64,000 nt of DNA from Antedon mediterranea. Taxonomy: Eukaryota > Animalia > Echinodermata. The notes under the pieces were generated by a model. It was not told the origin of the DNA, did not search any database, and saw only the letters and a list, made by a program, of their open reading frames with translations. The stretch is taken from assembly GCF_964355755.1 (NCBI RefSeq), contig NC_092679.1, positions 18,645,432 through 18,709,431 of the forward strand, given 5' to 3'. Positions 11,661 through 25,177 of the stretch are shown here, one piece after another. Position numbers and translations under genes: made by a program. The stretch's first letter is position 1; every line of letters begins with the position of its first letter.

Positions 11661-13605
11661 TTATTGTTATCCGATTACCGTTTACCGCTATCACTCGTCT
11701 GTGTAAATCTGCCTTTAAAGATGTATTTTCACCCAATCAGACTCTCAATAGTCCGTTTTGCAGTTTTAATAAAGTTATTCACTTCTGATTTCACATATAA
11801 AGCCAAACGTAACGATTAATTTTAAACAAAAAAACATTTTCTGATAAACAATTTTAGTTTTTTTTCTTTAAATTACTTTTTTTTAAGAAAAATTATTTTT
11901 TTTTCCAAAAGAATAGTAGTTATTTATCGTAAAGTGGAATAATTATTACAGTCTGCCGTTTTCTTTTTATGTTGCCATCTTGTATAAGATCAGGGATAAG
12001 AGCTACAGAAAATGTCTTTATCCAGTTAGCTGCTGCTGACTGAATTCCATTTGACAGACAAAAACCTTCTTTCTTTCTTTCCACCAATGGCGAAAACGAC
12101 TACTAGTTGCGAACAAGACATTTGATGAAATCTCCACCTGGTCTATCTTGTCCGGCTTATCTTCTAATTCGTATCTTGTTCATGAGTTTTTGATCGGAGG
12201 TCGGGAAGGGGCTAATTGGACCATCTGTATGCTAAATCATCCTTCTGGGAATTAAAGTTTTTTTTGCGGGGAATTTTAATCATATAATTTATTTTCTATT
12301 TATTCAGAGACTAGGGTTCGCACGGTCTTCAAACTTGGTTTCGGTATAAGAAAAAAAAACGAGTTAGGCCGTCAAGGTCAAATATCAAAATGTTCAAATT
12401 GCTCCGATCGAGCTGAAACTTGGTTGCTTGTATATTCACGTCAAATATTCAAAGAAAAAAAAAACTCCGCAATACATAATCTAGTGAAAAAAAAAATGAT
12501 GGTGGATATGCATGGTTTTCTGTAAAAATGTGAACTTAAAGACATAAACTTGTAAATTAACGATAAATGAACACAATTTTGACAAAATGTACACAAAATA
12601 GAAATACCAATAGAAAAACATATAGAAACATACGGGTTTACAAACAATTAATAGGTGAGAGGCTATATCCACATTGATTGAAATGCAAATATAACAAATG
12701 TAATATAGGAACGATCAGTACATACCAAGGACCAACTAGAAAACGCAACGCAACAAATTCTTTTAAACTTTTGGATTAAGTTTAGATAAACATATACATT
12801 TACCAAATTTATGAAAATACGCTAACTTGTTGAGGCCTACTTTAAGTTCCAAACTAACGTACTGTACTGTACATATCTTTCTAATTTTTGAAGAGAATCA
12901 TGAAACTAACTTACAAATGTGTAGTTTGATCCAATTGACAATTTAAATGATTTTTAATGACTTTAATATTGATCACTTTTGTAGATAATAACTACTCTTT
13001 TGTTTTCTCAAATGGATATACATTTACATGGCCAAATAACAAACAAAAAGATTAACCACTATTGTGTAAAAATCAAAAATAAATCGAGCTTTAATCAAAA
13101 GTAAGATTAAACATTTAATAAAATACAAAACTGTATAACAATCTATTCTCCGCAATAACACAAAGTTTTCATCTAGTAAGCATAATCAATTGATTTCCAA
13201 TAAATGCGATTTATTATTTCGTTTGGTGTATCACATCATTGGTAATACCCAAAGAAATTGATTTACAATGATTTACAATTTACCAAGCATTTTTATACAA
13301 TACATAAAAACCCTTCTGAACAATAAACGCCTCGAGGCGTTTATCCAAATAGAATACAGTATCTTCATTTTCATCTTAACACGATTTTCAATAAATGCGA
13401 TTTCTTTTTTCTTTCAGACGTCACATTATTTCTAGTTCAGATATATATCTATGTAAACCAGCTTCTTTTCTTAAATATTCTACCAAAAGCAATTAATTCA
13501 CAATTACAGTGTTAAAACTACTGACAGTATTTGACAAGCTAAATTAAAATTCTTAAAAATGTCTCTCAGCTAGCTATATTAGTTTATATGGTATGTTGGA
13601 CCATT

Positions 13606-14679
13606 TTATTTAATAATTTTAGTCACGTTGTAATAGTAGGTTTCCACATGCTGTGAAGCAACTGTAATATTGTAAAATTGGACTTCATCAATCAAGCCAT
13701 GAAAATAACGCCTGTTGCTGCCATGTGCTGTTCCAATAACGACTGGGTTAGAATTGATCGGTATAGGACCAGAGCAACAATCAGACTGACCAGATTGTAT
13801 CTCTGCATTGACATAAAACGCTAGGCAACTTCCATTGTAGGTTAAAACCAAATGTCGCCACACTCCAAATTGAACCACAGGAACATATTCGAATCTAGCT
13901 TCGATTAAAGTAAAAAGTGATACAAATAAATTATTAGGACCAAGTTTGAATTCAAATTCACCATCGTCCCGGAAACCATTATTCAAAATAAACTGTTGGT
14001 TATCACCTCCTTCCAAACCTTTATACCACAAACTAACTGTAAATTCTGATCCAAAATCAAAATTACTAAACTCGTCAACAACAACTCTCTGAGAGCCAGT
14101 GAAGTTGGCGGCTAATCCACTTACACCAGTTGTGTATGTTAAGTCTGTACCATTAGATCTTCCATGGCGTTCATTGCCAGATGTATCTTTGACGTCACAC
14201 TCAAACGCGTAATAAGCAAGTAAATACTGGTTCTCTCCAACCAAGAGATTGTCATGGTTGCCACTTTGCGTACTGCACTCAGTTTTCAGACAACTAGTTG
14301 ACAATTCAGATTCCATTATATGATCTTCACCTGATACATCATCATCCATCTCGAATTGAGTACTAGACTCATTTTCCAGTCCATTAGTTGAGGATTCCAT
14401 ACTTTGAAATTCTTCATCTGACGTAATGACACTATTTTGTTGATTTTCATTAAATTGGTGATGAGCAACCAGTTGATATTCGTTGCAAACATCATCCACA
14501 CTCTTTTTAAGAAACTTAAATTTAACACTGGAACATATAATGCACTTTGAAAGTGAAACTACCTCCAACATACATTTCTCTCGATCAGCCAATTTCACTA
14601 GTTTTTGGTCGCTTGTACATTTACCATTTACGGCAAATATTCCAAGAGCTACGATCAGCGTTAACGAACTGCAATACAT
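13606..14679 (-). CDS. Secreted LamG-like protein, subtype A, copy 4 (357 aa)
   Basis: Intact ORF; variable loop LFTLIEARFEY. Confidence 0.85.
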   Translation of the reverse strand: MYCSSLTLIVALGIFAVNGKCTSDQKLVKLADREKCMLEVVSLSKCIICSSVKFKFLKKSVDDVCNEYQLVAHHQFNENQQNSVITSDEEFQSMESSTNGLENESSTQFEMDDDVSGEDHIMESELSTSCLKTECSTQSGNHDNLLVGENQYLLAYYAFECDVKDTSGNERHGRSNGTDLTYTTGVSGLAANFTGSQRVVVDEFSNFDFGSEFTVSLWYKGLEGGDNQQFILNNGFRDDGEFEFKLGPNNLFVSLFTLIEARFEYVPVVQFGVWRHLVLTYNGSCLAFYVNAEIQSGQSDCCSGPIPINSNPVVIGTAHGSNRRYFHGLIDEVQFYNITVASQHVETYYYNVTKIIK

Positions 14680-15688
14680 AATCTAATGAAACAAAGAATA
14701 AATGCCGCATACGTGGTAGTTTTCAGTGAATATGAATTTTGTAAAAATAAACTTGTAAATTAATAATAAATGAACAAAACTAAGTTCTGCATTGAAAAAA
14801 TGTATATAAAAAAAAAATAAATCAACGAAGATTTACATATACAAATATACGAGTTTTAAAATAATTAATAGTTGAGAGGCTATCCACATTGAAATGTCTA
14901 AATATAAACAAAAGTAATGAAGAACTGTGCGTTTAAACCAAGGACTAACTAGAAAATCTAACAAATGCTTTATAAATATTAGCGATTTATGAAGTTCAGA
15001 TAAACAGATAAATTACCAAATTTATGAAAATACGATAACTTGTCGAGGCCTACAGTACTTTAAATTAAACCTTAACCAACGTTGTCAATAGGTAAACTAA
15101 CAAGTACATGTCTGTTTTACTTTGTTGAAAGAATTATGGAACTAACTTACAAATGTGTAGTTTGATACCAAACCGACGCATTACATGAGCACTACTTGAT
15201 ACTCTATCTTTAATATTGATCACTTTCGTAGGTAATAACTTGTTTTGTTTCCTCAATGAGTATACTGATATACGTTTACATGAAAAAATGACAAACACAC
15301 AAAAAGATTATTAACCTCTATTGTGTCAAAATGAAAAAATATCGAGCTTTAATTGGTTACAGGCAATGACAATGCTATCTTATTCGTGTTTAATTAAACC
15401 TCAATGAGTGTCAGGTTTTGGATGCATCGACAATCAATCCGCCCAAACGTCCTCTAGAGGAAAACACTGCTAATCGACAAGGGTGTGGGCCGGTGGTGGA
15501 CAATGTGGTTAGAAGTATATGTGATTGCCGGAGTATTTCTTGGGAATGGTGTAACGTGATAAATGTTCATTATTTAACATTTTGATATTTACATATTTAT
15601 TTTTAAAAATCAAGAAAGTATAAAACAAGAGTTAGATTAAACATTTGATACAAAAAATAAATAAATATCTTCACTAACTATTTTGTAG

Positions 15689-16562
15689 TCTGGGGAATGT
15701 CAGATAGCACAAACATTATTGAAAAAACACATACAAAATTGTGTAGATATTTATTGCAAGTTGGGAAAAATGCACCAAATACCGCTGTTATTTCTGAGTT
15801 AGGTAGATTACCACTTTCTTTGGATTGTTTAGTTACAGTTATAAGATTTTGGTTACATATTATTACTTTAGATCATGACAGATTCATTTTTAAGGGTTAT
15901 GAGTTTCAACTTAGAAAAGTTAACCGTAATGAGAATTGTTGGGCACAACAGGTCAAACACTTACCTTTGGTTTTGGTTATATATGGTTACAACAATATGT
16001 TAATAGTAAAGGTTTATTTTTTAGAGAATTTAAGTTGCGCTTATGTGATATTGAAAAACAAAAATGCATTCAAAAATTTAGTTCACATAATAAGTTAAGG
16101 CTCTTTTCTCTTTATAAAAAAGAAATATGTTTAAGTTATCACTTGACCAACATCATTAATTTTAAACAAAGAAGATTATTAACTAAGTTACGTTTAGGGA
16201 TATTAGAGCTAGAAATTGAAAAGGGCAGATGGGAGGGTGTAGAAAGGTATAAGAGAACGTGTAAATTATGTAAAAAGAACATTATTGAGTATGAATATCA
16301 TTTTATTTTGCAATGCACATTTTATAATGATTTAAGAAAAAGTTTTATTCCAAGATTTATTCATGTTTTTACTTCTATTAATAAGCTATGTTTATTAATT
16401 TCCAACACAAATTTTACTTATAATTTAGGAAAATACTTCTACTTTGCTTTTGAAAGAAGAAATCATTATCTTAAGTTATAGTTATTTTTTATTTGTTTTT
16501 ATTAGGGCCAAAGGCCAATATACATTGAACTAATAAATTCCCTGAAAAGGGAAAGAAGAAGA
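15689..16562 (+). mobile_element. LINE 3' fragment, duplicate 3
   Basis: Same boundaries and TSD; ORFs 15697-16098 and 15936-16481. Confidence 0.85.
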
Positions 16563-16643
16563 AACTATTTTGTAGAATTTGTTTAATATTCTCCGCAATA
16601 ACACAAAACCAATAAACATAAACAATTGATTTCCAATAAATGA

Positions 16644-17074
16644 GATTTACTATTGATTTACTTAAAGATGTATGAAAAATGAAGATTAATAAAAGCAGAT
16701 TTACTATTGATTTACTTAAAGATGTATGAAAAATGAAGATTAATAAAAGCAGATTTACTATTGATTTACTTAAAGATGTATAAAAAATGAAGATTAATAA
16801 AAGCAGATTTACTATTGATTTACTTAAAGATGTATGAAAAATGAAGATTAATAAAAGCAGATTTACTATTGATTTACTTAAAGATGTATGAAAAATGAAG
16901 ATTAATAAAAGCAGATTTACTATTGATTTACTTAAAGATGTATAAAAAATGAAGATTAATAAAAGCAGATTTACTATTGATTTACTTAAAGATGTATGAA
17001 AAATGAAGATTAATAAAAGCAGATTTACTATTGATTTACTTAAAGATGTATGAAAATTAAGATTAATAAAAGCA
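16644..17074. repeat. 54-bp minisatellite, 8 units
   Basis: Same unit; 431 bp. Confidence 0.95.
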
Positions 17075-17479
17075 GATTTTGATTAGGCCATTTGGAATTT
17101 TTATCAAGTTATTTACTTATGTAAAAAAAGAAAACCAACAAACATACTGATTTTACTTACAAAAAGACAAAATAAACGGTTAAATTTAACCAAAAACAGA
17201 CAGAATACTTTTTGCTTAAAATTACATTATTTTCAGGTATAATAATAATTTTAATTTTCGATCAAAAATTTGGGGAAAAGTGAATATCTAAATGTGACAT
17301 TAAAATTACATTACAATTATTTTTTCAGGGGTCAAAATATCTTTAAATTTCCTACCTAAAGAAATAAATTTACAATGTTGGTACTAAGGCCAAAAACGAA
17401 TTACGAATTCAGAGTAAGCCTATAGTTTACTATATTTAAACAGGTTAACAGACGATTATGCGTCACTCAGAAATCAACA

Positions 17480-18688
17480 TTAAATTTCAATCACATTATA
17501 ATAATAGGCTTCCACTTGTTGTGATGTCACAGAACTATTGTAAAATTGGACTTCGTCAATCAAGCCATAGAAATAACGTTCGATCTTTTTATGTGCTGTT
17601 CCAATAACGATTGGGTTAGGATTGATTGGTATAGGACCAGAGCAACAGTCAGACTGACCAGAGCAACAGCCAGACTGACCAGCTTGTATTTGTGCATTGA
17701 CATATACAGCTGCGTAAATGCCGTTATAGGTTAAAACCACATGTCGCCACACTCCAAATTGAACCACAGGCTTATACTTAAATCTAGATTCACGTCGGGT
17801 AAAAAGTAATACTGTTAAATTAGGATCATTCATCATATGACCAAGTTTAATTTCAATTTCACCATCCTCATGGAAACCATTATTCAAAATAAACTGTTTA
17901 CGATCACCTCTTTCGAAACTTTTATACCACAGACTAACCGTAAATTCTAATCCAAAATCAAAGTTACTGAACTCATCTACAACAATGCTCTGAGAACCAG
18001 TGAAGTTGGCGGCTAGACCACTTACACCAGTTGTGTATGTTAAGTCTGTACCATTAGATCTTCCATGGCGTTCATTGCCAGATGTATCTTTGACGTCACA
18101 CTCAAATGCGTAATAAGCAAGTAAGTACTGGTTCTCTCCAACCAAGACATTGTGTTGATGGGTGTCAGTTTGAGTACTAGACTCACCTTCCAGACAATTA
18201 GTTGACAATTCAAATTCCATTGTATGAACTTCATTTGATGTCACGACATCATCATCCATCTCCGATTGTGTACTAGACTCGTTTTCCAGACCATTAGTTA
18301 AGGATTCCGTTAATACCATTGTATTACGACCATCTTCATCTGATGTCATAATATTACCATTCATCTCGGATTGAGTACAAGAGTCATTTCCCAGACCATT
18401 AGTTGAGGATTCCGTTTCTATTATATTTGTATTATCAACTCCTTCATTTTGATTCTCATTGAATTGGTTAGCCAAACCAAAGCCAATCAGTTGTTATTTA
18501 TTGCAAACATCATCCGTTTTAACATGGGAATATGTAATGCATTTTGATAGTGAAACCACTTTCAACATACATTTCTCGAGATCTGCCAATTTCACCAGTT
18601 TTTGGTTGTTTCCACATTTTGTTTGACGTTTACCATTTACGTCAAAAATTGAAAGAACCACGATCAACGTTAACACGCTGTAATACAT
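17480..18688 (-). pseudogene. Subtype B LamG-like gene, copy 5, single nonsense mutation
   Basis: Near-identical to copy 3, but TAT>TAA at 18494-18496 (KY>K*); the frame is otherwise intact. Confidence 0.8.
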
Positions 18689-21600
18689 AATCTGATAAAA
18701 CAAAATAAAACTGTATGTGAAAACTAGCTGTTAATTCGTATTAAAAAAAACAAACTTGAAAATACGAGTTAGTTAAAGCAAGGATAGGAACTACAGTCCT
18801 TTGATCTTATGTCTGGCTGCGACAAATACCAACAGTACTATAAATAATCTCCGCGGCGCACGGTGTATGTTAGGGATGTGGAACTGATCGTGTCGCAACT
18901 ACAGATAAACCGTATGATCTCCGAAAATCATCATCCTGTGATTGCCTTAGAGTTTAGAGGTTCTCCACATTTTTGCCCAATAAACATAGTGAACAAATGA
19001 CAGTCAATCAAAGGAGACAAATGGAAAATAAATAACGATAACAGAAAATTACGAAATTATGTTACCTTCAACATGAACCAGATTGTAATAAATCGACGGA
19101 AATAGCAGAAGCATCACATGCTTAACTTCATAATGTAGCCAATCACATGAACTTCACAATAGTTACAATACAATAACAAGCGCATATTCCTACAGAAGAC
19201 TTTCTGAATGTATTATCTTACAATACTGTTACACGAATAAATTCTTTTTGTATACTCGTCACGTTATATTGATCTTTCTCTCTCTAAAAAAAAGTAAAAC
19301 CAATATACAGTTACATGACAATGCCAGAATACACAAAGATGATTAAGTCAATATTAGTTAAAGGCAGTTTTCTCTTTTTAATCAATATTCAATTTATGAC
19401 TTGATTTATATACAATAGACGTACCACAGTATCAATGTGTAAACCAGTATTTTAAATATTAGTTTTACTGTGAAATTTTAAATGTACGAATTGCCCCTTT
19501 ATATTACATTTTAAACATTTTATTGAATAATTTTATATATTTTATAACTTTCGTATGGTAATAACTCGTTATGTTGTCTCAAAGTACAGGTAGGCTACAC
19601 TGTATACATTTACATGACAAACACACAAAAAGATGTTCAACCAGTATTGTGCAAAAATAAAGCGTTTTAATTGGTTACAGGCAATGAGAATATAGGATTC
19701 TAACATTCCTTATTCCAGGTAAACTTAACGAGTGCTAATATTTGAGTCTAGCATTGACCATCAATCTCCGAACCTCTTATAAAGGCACAGATGAGTGGTA
19801 ACGATAAGCGTAAAACCGTGTAGATTGTCCCGCTATCCTGAGCGGAGTTTCTTCTCAACCGCCCGTCCGCTTTTTGGGTAAATATAGTATAGATTTTATA
19901 TTATTATTGTTATCCGATTACCGTTTACCGCTATCACTCGTCTGTGTAAATCTGCCTTTAAAGATGTATTTTCACCCAATCAGACTCTCAATAGTCCCTT
20001 TTGCAGTTTTAATAAAGTTATTCACTTCTGATTTCACATATAAAGCCAAACGAAACGATTAATTTTAAACAAAAAAACATTTTCTGATAAACAATTTTAG
20101 TTTTTTTTCTTTAAATTACTTTTTTTTAAGAAAAATTATTTTTTTTTTCAAAAGAATAGTAGTTATTTATCGTTGTTTTGTTTTAAAGTGGAATAATTAT
20201 TACAGTCTGTCGTTTTCTTTTTATGTTGCCATCTTGTATAAGATCAGGGATAAGAGCTACAGAAAATGTTTTTATCCAGTTAGCTGCTGCTGACTGAATT
20301 CCATTTGACAGACAAAAACTTTCTTTCTTTCTTTCCACCAATGGCGAAAACGACTACTAGTTGCGAACAAGACATTTGATGAAATCTCCACCTGGTCTAT
20401 CTTGTCCGACTTATCTTTTAATTCGTATCTTGTTCATGAGTTTTTGATCGGAGGTCGGGAAGGGGCTAATTGGACCATCTGTATGCTAAATCATCCTTCT
20501 GGGAATTAAAGTTTTTTTTTGCGGGGAATTTTAATCATATAATTTATTTTCTATTTATTCAGAGACTAGGGTTCGCACGGTCTTCAAACTTGGTTTCGGT
20601 ATAAGAAAAAAAAACGAGTTAGGCCGTCAAGGTCAAATATCAAAATGTTCAAATTGCTCCGATCGAGCTGAAACTTGGTTGCTTGTATATTCACGTCAAA
20701 TATTCAAAGAAAAAACTCCGCAATACATAATCTAGTGAAAAAAAAAATGATGGTGGATATGCATGGTTTTCTGTAAAAATGTGAACTTAATGACATAAAC
20801 TTGTAAATTAACGATAAATGAACACAATTTTGACAAAATGTACACAAAATAGAAATACAAATAGAAAATTTACATATAGAAACATACGGGTTTACAAACA
20901 ATTAATAGGTGAGAGGCTATATCCACATTGATTGAAATGCAAATATAACAAATGTAATATAGGAACGATCAGTACATACCAAAGACCAACTAGAAAACGC
21001 AACAAATTCTTTTAAACTTTTGGATTAAGTTTAGATAAACATATACATTTACCAATTTTATGAAAATACGCTAACTTGTTGAGGCCTACTTTAAGTTCCA
21101 AACTAACGTACTGTACTGTACCTATCTTTCTAATTTTTTGAAGAGAATCATGAAACTAACTTACAAATGTGTAGTTTGATCCAATTGACAATTTAAATGA
21201 TTTTTAATGACTTTAATATTGATCACTTTTGTAGATAAAAACTACTCTTTTGTTTTCTCAAATGGATATACATTTACATGGCCAAACAAAAAGATTAACC
21301 ACTATTGTGTAAAAATCAAAAATAAATCGAGCTTTAATTGGTTACACGAAATTGAAATAAGACTCGATTGTATTCGTGTCAAGGTAAACTCAATGAGTGT
21401 CAAGTTTTAGATCCAACGTCGGCCACTCATCCGCCCAAACCTCCTCTAGAGTAAAACACTGCTAATCGACCAGGGTGTGGTCATGTGGTGGACAAAATGT
21501 GATGTTGATATATATGTATTTATAAGTACATGTGATTACCGGTGTAAGGAATTTCAGTTATTTAACATTTTGATATTTACACATTTATTTTCATCAATCA

Positions 21601-22122
21601 AGCAAGCAAAAATCAAAAGTAAGATTAAACATTTAATAAAATACAAAACTGTATAACAATCTATTCTCCGCAATAACACAAAGTTTTCATCTAGTAAGCA
21701 TAATCAATTGATTTCCAATAAATGCGATTTATTATTTCGTTTGGTGTATCACATCATTGGTAATACCCAAAGAAATTGATTTACAATGATTTACAATTTA
21801 CCAAGCATTTTTATACAATACATAAAAACCCTTCTGAACAATAAACGCCTCGAGGCGTTTATCCAAATAGAATACAGTATCTTCATTTTCATCTTAACAC
21901 GATTTTCAATAAATGCGATTTCTTTTTTCTTTCAGACGTCACATTATTTCTAGTTCAGATATATATCTATGTAAACCAGCTTCTTTTCTTAAATATTCTA
22001 CCGAAAGCAATTAATTCACAATTACAGTGCTAAAAGTAATTGACAAGCTAAATTAAAATTCTTAAAAATGTCTCCAAATTCTCAGCTAGCTATATTAGTT
22101 TATATGGTATTGTTGGACCATT

Positions 22123-23202
22123 TTATTTAATAATTTCAGTCGCGTTGTAATAGTAGGTTTCCACATGCTGTGAAGCAACTGTAATATTGTAAAATTGGAC
22201 TTCATCAATCAAGCCATAAAAATAACGCCTGTTGCTGCCATGTGCTGTTCCAATAACGACTGGGTTAGAATTGATCGGTATAGGACCAGAGCAACAATCA
22301 GACTGACCAGATTGTATCTCTGCATTGACATAAAACGCTAGGCAACTTCCATTGTAGGTTAAAACCAAATGTCGCCACACTCCAAATTGAGTCACAGGAA
22401 CATATTCGAATCTAGAAATAGATCGGAATAAAGTAAAAAGTGATACAAATAAATTATTAGGACCAAGTTTGAATTCAAATTCACCATCGTCCCGGAAACC
22501 ATTATTCAAAATAAACTGTTGGTTATCACCTCCTTCCAAACCTTTATACCACAAACTAACTGTAAATTCTGATCCAAAATCAAAATGACTAAACTCGTCA
22601 ACAACAACTCTTTGAGAGCCAGTGAAGTTGGCGGCTAATCCACTTACACCAGTTGTGTATGTTAAGTCTGTACCATTAGATCTTCCATGGCGTTCATTGC
22701 CAGATGTATCTTTGACGTCACACTCAAACGCGTAATAAGCAAGTAAATACTGGTTCTCTCCAACCAAGAGATTGTCATAGTTGCCACTTTGCGTACTGGA
22801 CTCAGTTTTCAGACAATTAGTTGACAATTCAGATTCCATTATATGATCTTCACCTGATACATCATCATCCATCTCGAATTGAGTACTAGACTCATTTTCC
22901 AGTCCATTAGTTGAGGATTCCATACTTTGAAATTCTTCATCTGACGTCATGACACTATTTTGTTGATTTTCATTAAATTGGTGATGAGCAACCAGTTGAT
23001 ATTCGTTGCAAACATCATCCACACTCTTTTTAAGAAACTTAAATTTAACACTGGAACATATAATGCACTTTGAAAGTAACACTACCTCCAACATACATTT
23101 CTCTCGATCAGCCAGTTTCACTAATTTTTGGTCGCTTGTACATTTACCATTTACGGCAAATATTCCAAGAGCTACGATCAGCGTTAACGAACTGCAATAC
23201 AT
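22123..23202 (-). CDS. Secreted LamG-like protein, subtype A, copy 6 (359 aa, identical to copy 1)
   Basis: Identical translation to 3-1082. Confidence 0.85.
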   Translation of the reverse strand: MYCSSLTLIVALGIFAVNGKCTSDQKLVKLADREKCMLEVVLLSKCIICSSVKFKFLKKSVDDVCNEYQLVAHHQFNENQQNSVMTSDEEFQSMESSTNGLENESSTQFEMDDDVSGEDHIMESELSTNCLKTESSTQSGNYDNLLVGENQYLLAYYAFECDVKDTSGNERHGRSNGTDLTYTTGVSGLAANFTGSQRVVVDEFSHFDFGSEFTVSLWYKGLEGGDNQQFILNNGFRDDGEFEFKLGPNNLFVSLFTLFRSISRFEYVPVTQFGVWRHLVLTYNGSCLAFYVNAEIQSGQSDCCSGPIPINSNPVVIGTAHGSNRRYFYGLIDEVQFYNITVASQHVETYYYNATEIIK

Positions 23203-24217
23203 AATCTAATGAAACAAAGAATAAATGCCGCATACGTGGTAGTTTTCAGTGAATATGAATTTTGTAAAAATAAACTTGTAAATTAATAATAATGAACAAA
23301 ACTAAGTTCTGCATTGACAAAATGTTTATAAAAAAAAAAAAAAATCAACGAAGATTTACATATACAAATATACGAGATTTAAAATAATTAATAGTTGAGA
23401 GGCTATCCACATTGAAATGTCTAAATATAAACAAAAGTAATGAAGAACTGTGCGTTTAAACCAAGGACTAACTAGAAAATCTAACAAATGCTTTATAAAT
23501 ATTAGCGATTTATGAAGTTCAGATAAACAGATAAATTACCAAATTTATGAAAATACGATAACTTGTCGAGGCCTACAGTAGGCCTACTTTAAATTAAACC
23601 TTAACCAACGTTGTCAATAGGTAAACTAACAAGTACATGTCTGTTTTACTTTGTTGAAAGAATTATGGAACTAACTTACAAATGTGTAGTTTGATACCAA
23701 ACCGACGCATTACATGAGCACTACTGGATACTCTATCTTTAGTATTGATTACTTTCGTAGGTAATAACTGGTTTTGTTTCCTCAATGAGTATACTGATAT
23801 ACGTTTACATGAAAAAATGACAAACACACAAAAAGATTATTAACCTCTATTGTGTCAAAATGAAAAAATATCGAGCTTTAATTGGTTACAGGCAATGACA
23901 ATGCTATCTTATTCGTGTTTAATTAAACCTCAATGAGTGTCAGGTTTTGGATGCATCGACAATCAATCCGCCCAAACGTCCTCTAGAGGAAAACACTGCT
24001 AATCGACAAGGGTGTGGGCCGGTGGTGGACAATGTGGTTAGAAGTATATGTGATTGCCGGAGTTTTTCTTGGGAATGGTGTAACATGATAAATGTCCATT
24101 ATTTAACATTTTGATATTTACATATTTATTTTTAAAAATCAAGAAAGTATAAAACAAGAGTTAGAATAAACATTTGATACAAAAAATAAATAAATATCTT
24201 CACTAATTATTTTGTAG

Positions 24218-25096
24218 TCTGGGGAATGTCATATGGCACAAACATTATTGAAAAAACACATACTAAATTTTGTAGATATTTATTTCAAGTTGGGAAAAAT
24301 GCACCAAATACCGCTGTTATTTCTGAGTTAGGTAGATTACCACTTTCTTTGGATTGTTTAGTTACAGTTATAAGATTTTGGTTACATATTATTACTTTAG
24401 ATCATGACAGATTCATTTTTAAGGGTTATGAGTTTCAACTTAGAAAAGTTAACCGTAATGAGAATTGTTGGGCACAACAGGTCAAACACTTACCTTTTTC
24501 TACTGGTTTTGGTTATATATGGTTACAACAATATGTTAATAGTAAAGGTTTATTTTTGAGAGAATTTAAGTTGCGCTTATGTGATATTGAAAAACAAAAT
24601 GCATTCAAAATTTAGTTCACATAATAAGTTAAGGCTCTTTTCTCTTTATAAAAAAGAAATATGTTTAAGTTATCACTTGACCAACATAATTAATTTTAAA
24701 CAAAGAAGATTATTAACTAAGTTACGTTTAGGGATATTAGAGCTAGAAATTGAAAAGGGCAGATGGGAGGGTGTAGAAAGGTATAAGAGAACGTGTAAAT
24801 TATGTAAAAAGAACATTATTGAGTATGAATATCATTTTATTTTGCAATGCACATTTTATAATGATTTAAGAAAAAGTTTTATTCCAAGATTTATTCGTGT
24901 TTTTACTTATATTAATAAGCTATGTTTATTACTTTCCAACACAAATTTTACTTATAATTTAGGAAAATACGTCTACTTTGCTTTTGAAAGAAGAAATCAT
25001 TATCTTAAGTTATAGTTATTTTTTATTTGTTTGTATTAGGGCCAAAGGCCAATATACATTGAACTAATAAATTCCCTGAAGAAGGAAAGAAGAAGA
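24218..25096 (+). mobile_element. LINE 3' fragment, duplicate 4
   Basis: Matches 2098-2976 at offset 22120. Confidence 0.85.
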
Positions 25097-25177
25097 AACT
25101 ATTTTGTAGAATTTGTTTAATATTCTCCGCAATAACACAAAACCAATAAACATAAACAATTGATTTGCAATAAATGA

